A model generated the notes under the pieces. That model worked only from the letters and a program-made list of their open reading frames with translations. It was not told the origin of the DNA and did not search any database. The position numbers and the translations under genes were made by a program. A DNA stretch of 64,000 bases from Octopus vulgaris (lineage: Eukaryota), in contig OX597831.1 of assembly GCA_951406725.2 (NCBI GenBank), forward strand, positions 58,714,001-58,778,000. Direction: 5' to 3'. Positions 25,420-38,192 of the stretch are shown piece after piece; within the stretch, counting starts at the first letter, position 1, and the number at the start of each line of letters is the position of its first letter.

Positions 25420-25456
25420 CACTTGCCCTAGGGCGCTGGGTGTGCCCCGGCAGGTG
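25420..25456 (+). other. 3' UTR stem-loop of the Dong element
   Basis: CACTTGCC/GGCAGGTG outer stem and GGGCGC/GTGCCC inner stem, ~35 nt before the TAA junction. Confidence 0.55.
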
Positions 25457-26162
25457 ATTGCATCAAACATGCAGATTAAAAGTAAATGACAATAATAATA
25501 ATAATATATTTCTCTCTATATATATATCACATTATTTAGATACGTTATTGTATATTCTGCCGCCCCTCCATAATTTCAGGCACAAGTCCTGAACGTTTGG
25601 GGGTGGTCATAGTCGATCACATCATCTTCAGTGCTCGACCGGTAGTTAGTGATTCGTACCGGTTAGGATCGATAAAAGGATCATCGAAATTTGAACTCAG
25701 AGCCTAAAGTGTCGGAAAGAATGCCACTAGATATTTTCTCCGGTGCAGTATCAATTCTAAAAATAATTACATCTTCCAATGTACAATATAAATTCTAGCG
25801 AGAAATGTCACTTGAAACAGAAATGAATTTAACTTTAGAATATAATGAATGACGATGCATTTCTTTATTTTCTAAAACTTGCGTTAAGACTTTGAATAAC
25901 TATTCTGGAAACAGAAAATTTAGTTTCACAAAGGATGCTTAAAATACTTTTGCCATACAAAGATATCGAAGACTGTGTTTTTGCCAAGAAGCATCAAATG
26001 GTATAAAGGCAGTCAACTTCAACAGTCATAAAATGACGAATGTAAACTCGGCGGTGTGTATGGAATAGTTCATTGTTTTATTTTCGATATTTGCTTCGTA
26101 AACTAACTTGCAAAATACAATATGATATTGCACAGGTATAAATCAACGCGTGTATGTGTGTG

Positions 26163-26203
<41 letters not shown>

Positions 26204-26291
26204 ATTTATGTGTGTGTTTTGTTTATGCGTTAGTTTAAATGTGAGGTTATGAATGTATGTCTCTATAAAGTAGCTGAGATATAATTATACG

Positions 26292-26516
26292 TGAGCTGGC
26301 AGAAACGTTAGCACGCCGGGCGAAATGCGTTGCCGTATTTCGTCTGTCGCTACCTTCCAAGTTCAAATTCCGCCGAGGTTGACTTTGCCTTTCATCCTTT
26401 CGGGGTCGATAAATTAAGTACCAGTTACGCAGTGGGGTCGATGTAATCGACTTAATCCCTTTGTCTGTCCTTGTTTGTCCCCTCTGTGTTTAGCCCGTTG
26501 TGAGTAGCAAAGAAAT
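26292..26516 (+). mobile_element. SINE family B
   Basis: Matches 3068-3298. Confidence 0.9.
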
Positions 26517-27594
26517 ATATACGTGACATAATTACACAGATAAAAAGTAACACACGCACACACACACGCACACACACACACACATACGCATGCGCGCGCG
26601 CAAGAACAGACACATACATACTGATACATACAAGATGTGTATATATATATAGGTATAATTATACTCATATATATGTATGCATGTATACACAAACATATAT
26701 AGAGGTGTGTGTATGTTTATATGCATACACGCACGTGAACACACACATATTTATATTTTTACAGTATTAAATAGAAAAAAAAACTTTACTTCAGGCATGT
26801 GACACATCATGGATATTATTGAATATGTAACAATCATGGTGAGATGCCGGCACCTTAGTTTCTTCCTAATAGGGAATCTGCCAGCATTTTTCGATCGGTA
26901 CGATGCATGGCGGCAATTCAAGATAGCTGTCGAACAAAACCAGTCTTCTTGGCTTAAATCCATCCTTCAGGCCGACTGAACAAATGCAAGTTATCGGCAA
27001 GTTTCTCTTAGCGTAATTTATATTATAACTATGTTGGACCGAGATCAGTAACATGATCCATACGATTTCTGTGATATTTATAAATTGCCCAGAATTTAAA
27101 TTCAATATTTAATAATTTATAAATTAATTGCTTTGTAAAATTAAAACGTTTTTATTTTTTAACCAATCAATGGATTACAATCAAGGACAGCGTACATGAA
27201 TTAAAGTTCAACGATTGTTATATTTTATACATTTCAAGAATGTTGATATGGGGTGATACTTACTTTGGGAATGATTAAAGAAGTAGGTGTCTATCTTATT
27301 AATAAGCCTTGATAGTTAAATGTATGATTCAGTAGTAAGAACGAAATTCAAGTTGTCTCAAGCTTAGAATGGTGTACTATTCAGAATGGTGCTCTGTACA
27401 ATTTAAAGAAAATACATACATGTGTTTGTGTGTAGGTATGTGTATCCCATGATTCTCTGAAACTTCCGATAATACGAACAGAAAAAGTAATTAAACGGTA
27501 GCAGTAACTTCGAGACTATAATCTCGATAGATTTACAAGCATTTTATATTGGGAACATTGTTTTTGTTAACAGAATTACTATATAAAATCTGTC

Positions 27595-27673
27595 TTTCTG
27601 TCTATCTATCTATCTATCTATCTATCTAACTACCTCTCTCTCTATATATACACACACACACACACATACACAT

Positions 27674-27765
<92 letters not shown>

Positions 27766-27811
27766 CACCTACCTTATCTACCTGTCTGTCTATCTCTCCA
27801 TCTATCCATCC

Positions 27812-27880
<69 letters not shown>
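27595..27880. repeat. Compound (TCTA)n/(CA)n/(TA)n microsatellite
   Basis: Direct reading. Confidence 0.96.
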
Positions 27881-28469
27881 GAGTTTGGCATTTAAGGAAC
27901 CAGATTGGTAATGGAAGATTTAAGTGAAAATGAAATTAAATATTTTTTATACAAAGAGTATACAACGGGTAGGAGTAGGCAACACGGTACTGATGGAGAT
28001 AGAAATTAGTTTGGAATTTAGAAAGTGTGGAGTATATAAGCTGAAGTATTTCGGTAAGTTTTATTTTTTCCTGTCATTCAGCTGTTCTTGAATTGATCAG
28101 AAGATATGTTGCTATCATAATTTGCAATATATTTAAAAAGTTCCTCCTGATTAGGAACTAGAAGAATATTCATGTCTCCATGACATTATAAGTAGAAGTT
28201 ATATTTCTTCTAAGCTGTAAGTGAATGTCATTTCATACACACAGGCATTTCAACTATTGATAAAATCTACAAAGTTTTATCTACATCAGCCTCTGGGGAC
28301 GATGCTTATCACATCCAGAATGTTCAATGAATTTATTGATGAATTCTGCAAAAAGTGTCGACATTTGCTGGAATTATTTAGTATAACAACAGCTGAATGA
28401 TCGGTATTCTGCAAACATATATTAGCCAATGTGCGTAAATAAAATTAAATATTTAACGTGTAAATAAGT

Positions 28470-28625
28470 TGGCGTAGGAGTAGCTGTGTGGTAAGCAGCT
28501 TGCTTACCAACCACATGGTTCCGGGTTTAGTCCTACCTTGGACAAGTTTCTTCTGCTATAGCCTTGAATCGGCCAAAGTCTTTTGAGTGGACTTGGTAGA
28601 GGGAAAGTGAAAGAAACCCATCATG

Positions 28626-28691
<66 letters not shown>

Positions 28692-28885
28692 TATGTATGT
28701 ATATGTTTGTGTGTCTGTGCTTATCCCTACAACATCGCTGGGCAGCCGGTGCACGCGTGTTTACATCCCAAGAATGCAGCGCGGTTTGGCAAAAGAGGCG
28801 GCTATAATAAGTCGATTCGCCTAACTAAAGGTGTTACCCCAGCATGGCCGCAGGCAAATGACTGAAACAAATAAAAGAATAAATA
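28470..28885 (+). mobile_element. SINE family A, diverged
   Basis: Head, TA tract and tail are recognisable. Confidence 0.85.
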
Positions 28886-28983
28886 ATAGAAGTACCATAT
28901 ATTCGTACGACTTGTAAAAGTAAGCAAGTGAAATCTTGATATAGGAACTAACGAAACAGACACCCCCTCCTTATATATATATA

Positions 28984-29575
28984 TATTATTAGTGAATTGA
29001 AGAAATGGAGTTGAACGAAGATTGAACAGAATTCCTTTTCTTGCATTCTACACATGTTTCAAAAGCCACAATTTTCCAAATTCTGATAAAATAAGGATAC
29101 CATATTGAAGCATGTATGTGTGTACTGGCCTATGTGTGCGCGGCCGTATGTTGGTAAAAGGCGCTACATAATGGTCACTGCTGAAAAATTCGTCAGGCGG
29201 CAGAAAATATTTTTTGTGTTCGTGTGTTCGTCTAGGCCTGCTTGTCAAAAAATTAACGTCGTCAAAGAATCCTAAGGGTATATAAAATTCCTGCGTTTAC
29301 TTCCAAAACAAACCATCATTCGCCAATTTGGAAAATTGTGGCTTTTGAAACATGTGTAGAATGCAATAAAAGGAATTCTGTTCAATCTTCGTTCAACTCC
29401 ATTTCTTCAATTCACTAATAATATTAAAATTCAATTATCCGCACCAACGCACGGTTGCAACACCAAATGGTTTTATCTCCAATCGTGCTTTCTTCTGCTG
29501 TGATTTTTGCTACCAAGGTATCGGTTAAACTTTTGAGTAATCTGCAACAAGATTATTCATCTTTCTATTTTACCA

Positions 29576-29580
<5 letters not shown>
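28984..29580. mobile_element. Fold-back element, probably PLE-derived, in (TA)n
   Basis: 28984-29082 is a near-perfect inverted copy of 29325-29423; arms include GAAACATGTGTA, an HHR-like 3' half. Confidence 0.7.
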
Positions 29581-29642
<62 letters not shown>

Positions 29643-30178
29643 TAAATGTGTGTGAGTGTGATTATTTTAAAATTCTATCTTTAGCATATTGCTAGAGTTT
29701 TTCTATGTCCTTAATGATACTTACATATATACTAGCTGGACCCATGAATACTTCGCGGAAAATAACAAAATGTAAGCATATGTAAATTGTGTGCTGGTGA
29801 CATGGGAAACGTTTCTATATTGTGACATTTGCAGGATATAGAAATATGTGTAAAAACTGTAACTATATAATCCAACCAGAATATCTCAGTTACCCACACG
29901 TAAACAGAATTAATTACTACGTACATGTTAAAAAAAAACCTTCTTGGTTTAGTGCTACAGAACGTTATACTGGTATTCTTATATCCTTTTACTTGTTTCA
30001 GTCATTTGACGGTGGCCGTGCTGGAGCACTACCATTTAGTCTAAGAAATAAACTCCAGGGAATCTTGGTGCTTATTCTATGAGTTTCTTCTGCCGAAGAG
30101 CTAAGTTACTAAGTTACAGATATATATAACCTTATTCTAAAAATCAATAAAGTACAATAAATAGTAAATAGTAGTAAA

Positions 30179-30282
30179 AAACTACGCGTGTTTCGTGGCT
30201 ATATTTCCAAATAGATGATAATGAAATAATCAATTCGATTTAAAATTAATTCTATTTCAAAATATAGTCACTTATCAGGTCT
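30179..30282 (-). ncRNA. Type I hammerhead with long stem II and G8->A core change (probably inactive)
   Basis: AGAC-CUGAUAA-GUGACUAUAUUU...AAAUAUAGCCAC-GAAA-CACGCG-UA-GUUU. Confidence 0.65.
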
Positions 30283-30391
30283 AAAATAATAAATAAATAA
30301 AAAAAAAAAAATAGAATAAATGTACTTATTATAACTTATACTAGTCACTTATACTAATGACTATACGTTTTAATAGAATTAATTTTAAAAT

Positions 30392-30750
30392 TTAGCTTGC
30401 TTCCCAACCACATGGTTCCGGGTTCAGTTCCACTGCATGGCCCCTTGTGCAAGTATCTTCTGCTATAGCCTCAGATCGACCAGAGCCTTGGGAATGGATT
30501 TAGTAAGCGGGGACTGAAAGAAGCCCGTCGTGTATGTGTGTGTGTGTGTGTTTGTGTCTATGTTTGTCCCTCTAACATCGCTTGACATGCGATGCTGGTG
30601 TCTTTCCGTCCCCGTAACTTAGCGGTTCGGTAATATAGGCCGATAGAATAAGTACTAGGCTTGCAAAAAATAATTTCTGGGGTCAATTTGCCCCCGACTA
30701 AAGGCTGTGCTCCAGTATAAGTGCAGTAAAATGACTGAAACCAAAGAATA
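30392..30750 (+). mobile_element. SINE family A, diverged (a minus-strand tail fragment lies at ~29975-30115)
   Basis: Homology to 5756-6157. Confidence 0.85.
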
Positions 30751-31175
30751 TGTTAACAAAATTTATGTTGAAAGAATTTGTATACCCTTAGTTTATATTA
30801 TGATGCATTCTTGAAGCAGTTAAAATGGTGGTGGGAATGGCAAAATCTCGATGATATAAAGTGATTTGGTTCATTCTACCTGGGTGGTACTGTAGAATTG
30901 CATATCACATACTTGGTGCAATTCTCTCTCGTATATATCCCCAGTTTCTTCTCACGTTTCGTCCTCTTTCTTCTCCTTATAACAATTAACTATTTACGTT
31001 TCCCTAGCCTTCAACCTCCAAATTTTCATTGCTAACTCATCACGATTTTTGATTTTATATAACTTTTATTCTGCTACGCATGTAAACATCTGTGTGTCTG
31101 TCTGTCGATTTGTCTATCCGTCGTCCATCCGTCTGTTAGACAGTTAGTCTATCCGTTTGTCTGTCGTCTTGATTT

Positions 31176-31176
<1 letters not shown>

Positions 31177-31249
<73 letters not shown>

Positions 31250-31385
31250 GATCTATCTATCTATCTATCTATCTATCTGTCTCTCTCTCTGTCTAACTAT
31301 CTGTCTGTCTGTCTATCTATCTATCTGTCTATCTATCTGTCTGTCTGTCTGTCTATCTATCTGTCCGCCTGCCTCTGCCTGTCTG

Positions 31386-31444
<59 letters not shown>

Positions 31445-31490
31445 GTGTATCTCTCTATCTGTCTGTCTATCTCTATGTCTGCCTGCCCGC

Positions 31491-31581
<91 letters not shown>

Positions 31582-31590
31582 CTATCTATC
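31177..31590. repeat. (CTAT)n/(CTGT)n microsatellite
   Basis: Direct reading. Confidence 0.97.
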
Positions 31591-32769
31591 TTATTGATTT
31601 TTAAATATGTGGTATGCAAAATTTGAACGGATGTTCAAGCAAGGTAATGTGTTTAATAAAACTCTACTTTTTGTTATTTATTCCTGAATTTTCACCATAA
31701 AAACGACCCTTTATCAAAAGAAGAGTTAGCGGTAAATTGACAAATACAGAGGGCGAACACAATGAACAAAATGAAATAGACGGACACAAAGACATATCGA
31801 CCGCTTCTGTCCAAACTTCGATGTCGATTGAGAGAGTTCAATAGCTGGGTACAACAGTAGCAGTAACAAGTAGAAGCTTCCTGTCAAGCAGACAATTTAA
31901 TGAATTAAAGTAAATTTCGCTTCTTTTCTTAATTGAATAAAACTTTTACACATTATTTCCTCCCCCTGTCTATTCAACGTTTTCACAATCACGTTTTAGA
32001 CGGAAAATTAAGGAAGAACTTAATAATAAAACAGTTTTTATTACATTCATTATTTAACTTAAATTCGTCCAATTTCACTTGTCACACTGATTCAAATTTT
32101 AGATCAAAACTAACCGTTATACCCCAGAGTTTGTCTTCGGGGTCTGTTCAAATAAATCATTTCTATACATAGATACATGTATACACACAATAATACAAAG
32201 AGAGCGGAACACGTGCGCACAAACAGACAAAAACACACCACACACAACAAAGATAAAAGACATTTATTATATTCATTGTGAAACACTTTAAAACCATGTT
32301 CCTATACATGTTGTGTCTGCATCAATGTAAGGGTCATGTCAAGAAGCCAATGAGACTATGTTATTAAGCATTAATGAAATACTTTACAGGAACAGCGAAT
32401 ATGTTCGGTTATGTTTGTTACAATTATTTCAAAGCCAGAATTAAATCTTGTATAAAATCAATAGACTTATTGTTGTTTTGGCTGTTTAGCTCAATAGCAT
32501 ACATGTAAAAGTCATTTTAGTTGTTATGAAAAAATTGGTGCAGTAGGTATAGACAGGGAATTCGTTCAGTTTATAGAGCGTTGCAGAAATTGTTCTATCC
32601 CCGTGCATCAGTTCAGATCCCGTGGGAGTTAATTGTTGGGATCCTTGCTTCCGAGATGGGTAAATAAATTGCCATAAAAGCCAACGAAATTGTTGGAGAC
32701 CTGGACAACATTTGTTAAGATCGTAGGATATATGTTTGTTCCAAATTGTGATATAACGTCAGCAGTTTC

Positions 32770-32950
32770 AGGAAAGGGGATAAGTCATTTACATCGCACC
32801 CAGTGCTAGCTCGTACTTATTTCATCGACCCCGAAGGATAAAATGCAAAGTCAACCTTGAGAGCGTTTGAAATCAAAACGTTCAGACGAACAAAATGCTA
32901 CTACGTAATTTGCCCGGTGTGATAACGCTTGTGTCAACTCGCCGCCTTAC
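32770..32950 (-). mobile_element. SINE family B, diverged (another decayed minus copy at ~25560-25760)
   Basis: CTCGCCGCCTTA head end and ATCGACCCCGAAGGAT central domain in reverse. Confidence 0.75.
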
Positions 32951-33109
32951 CGTAGGATATATACGTATATATTTAATGGTAAAGCGACCACGTGGAAATT
33001 AAATGAAATTCAAATGAAACACCTGCTGTCTTGACCATGATTAGATCCTATCGAGTATAGTATTTAGCAGTGTGTTTCTACTCATGACCATTCCGTCTGT
33101 TGTGGGATA

Positions 33110-33908
33110 TTTTCCTTTTGAACGGCACTTTGTAACATAATTTCTAGGTAACTAAAAAGTTTTAAACTACGTATACTGGTAGAATGTTTATAAAACATCA
33201 TTTTCTCTTGGCTTTATTGAGAAAATTCTATCGTTTGTAAGATATTTCGCCTGAAATTTCGAGCATTTCGGCAATTTTAATCACTCAATTACCTCCATTT
33301 AGGTAAATAACATTCTGTGCATAATGAATACGTCCCTCCTTTAAGAAACAGATTGGGTTTATTTACATTTGTGAAGAAAAAAAGATACCCTTCCCCAACC
33401 CCTAACCCTAAACCTAACCCTAACCCTAACCCTAACTCTAACCCTAAATCTAAAATAGATTGAACTAGAAAAAAATCCCATTTTCCGTAGCGGTGTCGTA
33501 TGAAATGTCACCCATAATTATAACCCTAGTATCGATCTATTGCATTTCAATCTATTTTAGATTTAGGGTTAGAGTTAGGGTTAGGTAGGGTTAGTTAGTG
33601 TTAGTTAGGGTTAGGGATGGAGGAATGGTATCTTTTTTTCTTCTCAAATGTAAATTAACCCAATCTGTTTCTTAAACGAGGGACATATTCATACAGCAAG
33701 GAATGATGTTTACGTTAATGTAGGTAATCGATTGGTTAAAATTGCCGAAATGCTCGAAATTTCAGACGAACTATCTTACAAACTATAGAATTTTCTCAAT
33801 AAAGCCAAGAGAAAATGATGTTTTATAAACACTTTCTACCAGTATACGAAGTTTAAAACATTTTAGTTACATAGAAATTATGTTACAAAGTGCCGTTCAA
33901 AAGGAAAA
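33110..33908. mobile_element. Head-to-head (palindromic) dimer of the TTAGGG-containing TIR element
   Basis: Ends TTTTCCTTTTGAACGGCAC and GTGCCGTTCAAAAGGAAAA; ~350 bp arms with (CCCTAA)n left and (TTAGGG)n right. Confidence 0.85.
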
Positions 33909-33934
33909 GACGCCTGTTGTGTTCTATGGGCGTC

Positions 33935-34035
33935 TCTCTATCGTAAAACGGGAAGGAAGAGCTATTTTCATCATACTTGTGGCTATGGCGCAAGAATGTA
34001 TCTGGTGGACGCGTCTGAAAGGATTAGAAGCAAAG
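33935..34035 (+). pseudogene. L1/Tx1-like ORF2 C-terminal fragment
   Basis: KREGRAIFIILVAMAQECIWWTRLKGL; homologous to 35325-35405. Confidence 0.55.
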
Positions 34036-34038
34036 GGT

Positions 34039-34425
34039 ATTTTCGGTTTGAACGGCAGGTTTTTCTAGCGGTGTCATGAAATTGTCACTCATAATTATGA
34101 TCCTACTATCGATCTATTGCATTTCAATCTGATTTAAGGTTAGGGTTAGTTAGGGTTAGGGTTAGGGTTAGGGGTGGGGGGGGGAGGGTATCTTTTTTCT
34201 TCAGAAATGTAAATAAACCCAATCTGTTTCTTAAACGAAGGACATATTCATACGGCACAGAATGTTTTCATCTGAAATAGACGTCATGATTGGTTGAAAT
34301 TGCAGAAATTGGAGAAAAAAAACAAAACAAATATCTTACAAACTATAGATCTTTCTCAATAAAGCCAAGAGAAAAAGATGTTTTATAATCACATTCTACC
34401 AGTATACGAAGTTTTAAAGTGTTTA
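34039..34425 (+). mobile_element. TTAGGG-containing TIR element monomer, 3' end truncated
   Basis: Same start and body as 18728 and the right arm of 33110-33908. Confidence 0.82.
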
Positions 34426-34921
34426 TCCGAGACAAACACATTCTAGTATATTCTAGTATAGATGGAAGGAAATACAACTGATCAAATTACAATATATAGG
34501 GGTACTATTCTCGTTTCGTTCGGGTGACATGAGCTGGATAAGCAAATATTTAACGAAAATAGGAAGAGATGAAAATTAGGGGTAAAGGTAGAATTGCACA
34601 ATCTGGTTTCCAATGTGTGCAATACATAGACAAGCGCGCGCGCACACACACACATACACACACACACAAGCATACATATACACATGCACTCACATAGACA
34701 CAAAAATATACACAAGCATATGTCGAAAGTAAAAGAATTTTAATAACATCTTCGTTCAACTCCATTTATTTATTTATTTATAATATAGAAATTACTGCAC
34801 ATTAGCCCGGTGTTTCTACCATTGAATAGGTCGCTTCATCCGTGTTGCTTGCGTATATATTGCTACCCTGGTAACTGTTTATTGAATGTTAACGGTAAAC
34901 AAAGGATAATTCATTCATGCA

Positions 34922-35246
<325 letters not shown>

Positions 35247-35247
<1 letters not shown>

Positions 35248-35793
35248 AACGACTGCTGTCACGTGTGGGACGAGTCGGTTTATCAGCCAAGTCTATCGTC
35301 AATATCCTCACGCCCCCTTCCTTCAAACGGGAAGGAAGAGCTATTTTAGTCATAATTGTGGCTATGGCGAAGAATATATCTGGTCGATGCGTCTGAAAGG
35401 ATTAGAGAGAAACACTTTCCTCTCTGGTCAATCTCTCATCAACTTCTGGTCAATCTCTCATCAACTTCCTCAAGTAAAGGAAAGTGAGAGTAGAGAGGCA
35501 AGGTTTGTCTAGCGAATGTTTCAAAAACTTATTGGTGGATGTAGCAAGGATGGCACGTATGAATGAACGACCCACATTGAGTATGATTCTATGAACCCGG
35601 AAAAATTTAAAACAGAAGGTTACTTACTTGCAAATAAATGTGTTAACATGTGACATTATTGACCGAGGTTACCGTGGTCTTTTCCGTAGGCTTTTCTTTC
35701 CTCGGATAAACCTTATGTTTCCCATTTACACTTGACATCATGACATTTCTATGATAACGGTCTCTATTGATCGTTTTTATTTATTTATTTATT

Positions 35794-35863
<70 letters not shown>

Positions 35864-35992
35864 TTTCATTTTTACGAACCCTTTTGATCGAAAACCTACC
35901 CCACTTTTTCCTTTTTTTTCTCCCCCAAAAGTAAGGCTTTACTTTGTAATTTGTCCTGTCTGTGTTCAGCTCTGTGTGGCTAATAAAGAAAC
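35247..35992 (+). mobile_element. 3' fragment of an L1/Tx1-like LINE between (CTAT)n arrays
   Basis: Decayed ORF2 C-terminus, then a 3' UTR ending CTGTGTTCAGCTCTGTGTGGCTAATAAAGAAA. Confidence 0.6.
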
Positions 35993-35993
35993 A

Positions 35994-36097
<104 letters not shown>

Positions 36098-36607
36098 ATT
36101 GTGTGGTTGTGTGTGCGTGTGTGTGAGCGATTGTGTATGGGTGCATATAATTATCAACAAAGAGGATGAAGTGAGACAGATTACAATTGGTTCATCTATA
36201 TTAAATTTCATGAATACTCGCTTCAAATTTTGGTACAAGGCCAGCAACTTCGAGGGAGTGGCCAAATAGACTGCATCAATTAGATCGTGAATAAGAATAC
36301 AAAATGCAGTAATATATGCAATTATTTATTCATGAGATTTCATTGACACGTATCAAAATTCAATTCTTCAGAGTTATGCACAGATTTTATATGCTGTAGA
36401 TGCTTGGATTTATCAATAATTCATAGCAATATCCAGTCTACCGTGTTTATATAGCTGCATTTGTAAAGAAAACAAAACAAATAAATTCCTGCTTTGAATT
36501 AATCGGTCAAGAAGAGTGATGGATCCAAAAAGAAGAAAATTAAAAGCAGAAAGTAAAACTAACATTTACACACACATACACACACATATATATGTATGTA
36601 TAGACCA

Positions 36608-36912
36608 TGTGGAGGTACATGGCCTAGTGGTTAGAGCAGCGGACTCGCGGTTGAGGGATCGGGGGTTCGAATCTCAGACCCGGCGATGTGTGTGTTTATG
36701 AGCGAAAAAAAACCTAAGCTCCACGCAGCTCCGGCAGAAGGTAATGGCGAACTTCTGCTGACTCTTTCGCCACAACTTTCTCTCACTCTTTCCTTCTGCA
36801 TATTGCAGCTCACCTGTAGTGGGCGGGCGTCCCGTCCAGGTGGGGAACATCTACGCCAAGTAAACCGGGAAACCGGCCCTTGAGACAGGCATGGCTTCAG
36901 AAGGAACAAACA
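36608..36912 (+). mobile_element. SINE family C with tail type 2
   Basis: TGGCCTAGTGGTTAGAGC (A box), GGTTCGAATCT (B box); tail differs from other C copies. Confidence 0.85.
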
Positions 36913-36954
36913 ATATATATATATATATTATATATATATATATGTATATTGAGT

Positions 36955-37285
36955 TGAGGCGCAATGGCCCACTGGTTAGGGCCATCGCGGTTTCGATTCC
37001 CAGACCGGGCGTTGTGAGTGTTTATTGAGCGAAAACACCTAAAGCTCCACGAGGCTCCGGCAGGGGATGGTGGTGATCCCTGCTGTACTCTTTCACCACA
37101 ACTTTCTCTCACCCTTACTTCCTGTTTCTGTTGTACCTGTATTTCAAAGGGCCGGCCTTGTCACTCTCTGTGTCACACTGAATATCCCCGAGAACTACGT
37201 TAAGGGTACACGTGTCTGTGGAGTGCTCAGCCACTTACACGTTAATTTCACGATCAAGCTGTTCCGTTGATTCGTTACCGACGGA
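36955..37285 (+). mobile_element. Chimeric SINE: family C head with family D tail
   Basis: 37130-37275 is the reverse complement of the D tail at 46085-46230. Confidence 0.85.
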
Positions 37286-37879
37286 GTGCTTCCATATATA
37301 TATATTATATACATTATATAGAGGGTATTATTACACATAGATGCCTCACGCTGGGAGGGAATATTAAAGTTAAAAGTACTAAAGTAAATAAACACGTCGT
37401 ACCGTAGTACCCTCTATATAATATAAATAAATAAATTTAAAAGAAACAATTCATGTTTTTCTTTCTCTTATGACCTTTTCCACGCTATCTACTTGATACA
37501 TTCTTTTGAATAATTTATCCTATTTTTAAATTATATATATATATATATACAATAAATTAAAAACTTTCTGTCTCAAATGTTATTTAATTACAATGGTCTT
37601 CATTAAGATGATTTAGTATTCTTGAGGCATATTTATTCTATCAACTAATTAGATGCGAACTTACTCTTTTATACACAGAGATGAAAAACATAAAAATAAT
37701 TCTCCATACTTACATTCATTCCAATAGCTTACCTCATAATTTCAAAGACAGAACATTCTGTTATAAATAAAGAAACACAACAACTAAATGTATATATACT
37801 GGTTCACTAGTGGACACTATCTGAAAGATACCAAACTGTAAATGTTCGTTTCAAGAAATTCCGGCCAGTCACACAATAT

Positions 37880-38192
37880 ATCACCGTGATCACCGTGACC
37901 GACCAGGCTATCAGATGTTGCTACACATGGCTGGTCACAATGCACTTCGCATTGTTTTAGCCTTCAAATGATGCCACCCCGCTGGCTAAGCGAGCAGGCC
38001 AACAGAAGAAAAAGTGAGAGTAGGTTGTGGCGAAAGAGTACAGTAGGGATAGCCAACACCCCTGCCGGAGCCTCGTGGAGCTTTAGGTGTTTTCGCTCAA
38101 TAAATACTCACAACGCCCGGTCTGAGAATCGAAACGGCGGTCCTACAACCGCGAGTCCACTGCCCTAACCACAAGGCCATTGCGCCTCCACC
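37880..38192 (-). mobile_element. SINE family C with tail type 1
   Basis: Matches 12395-12778. Confidence 0.88.

Larger units (their letters stand above)
20890..25490 (+). mobile_element. R4/Dong-clade non-LTR retrotransposon, probably full length
   Basis: RT plus RLE coding region; (TAA)n on both sides (20529-20880 and 25491-25505), matching the known (TAA)n target of Dong elements. The 5' boundary is inferred. Confidence 0.88.

Noticed and set aside
26809-26979. 56-codon plus-strand ORF MDIIEYVTIM...ILQAD in a locally GC-richer patch
   Set aside because: Short, no recognisable motif, overlapping ORFs on both strands; cannot be supported without expression data.
33395-33620. True telomere or chromosome fusion site
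   Set aside because: The arrays are short and internal to a dispersed element with several copies in this window.
36608-36685. tRNA-like sequences with A and B boxes (also ~46295-46366 and ~38115-38192)
   Set aside because: SINE heads continuing into SINE bodies; no complete cloverleaf.
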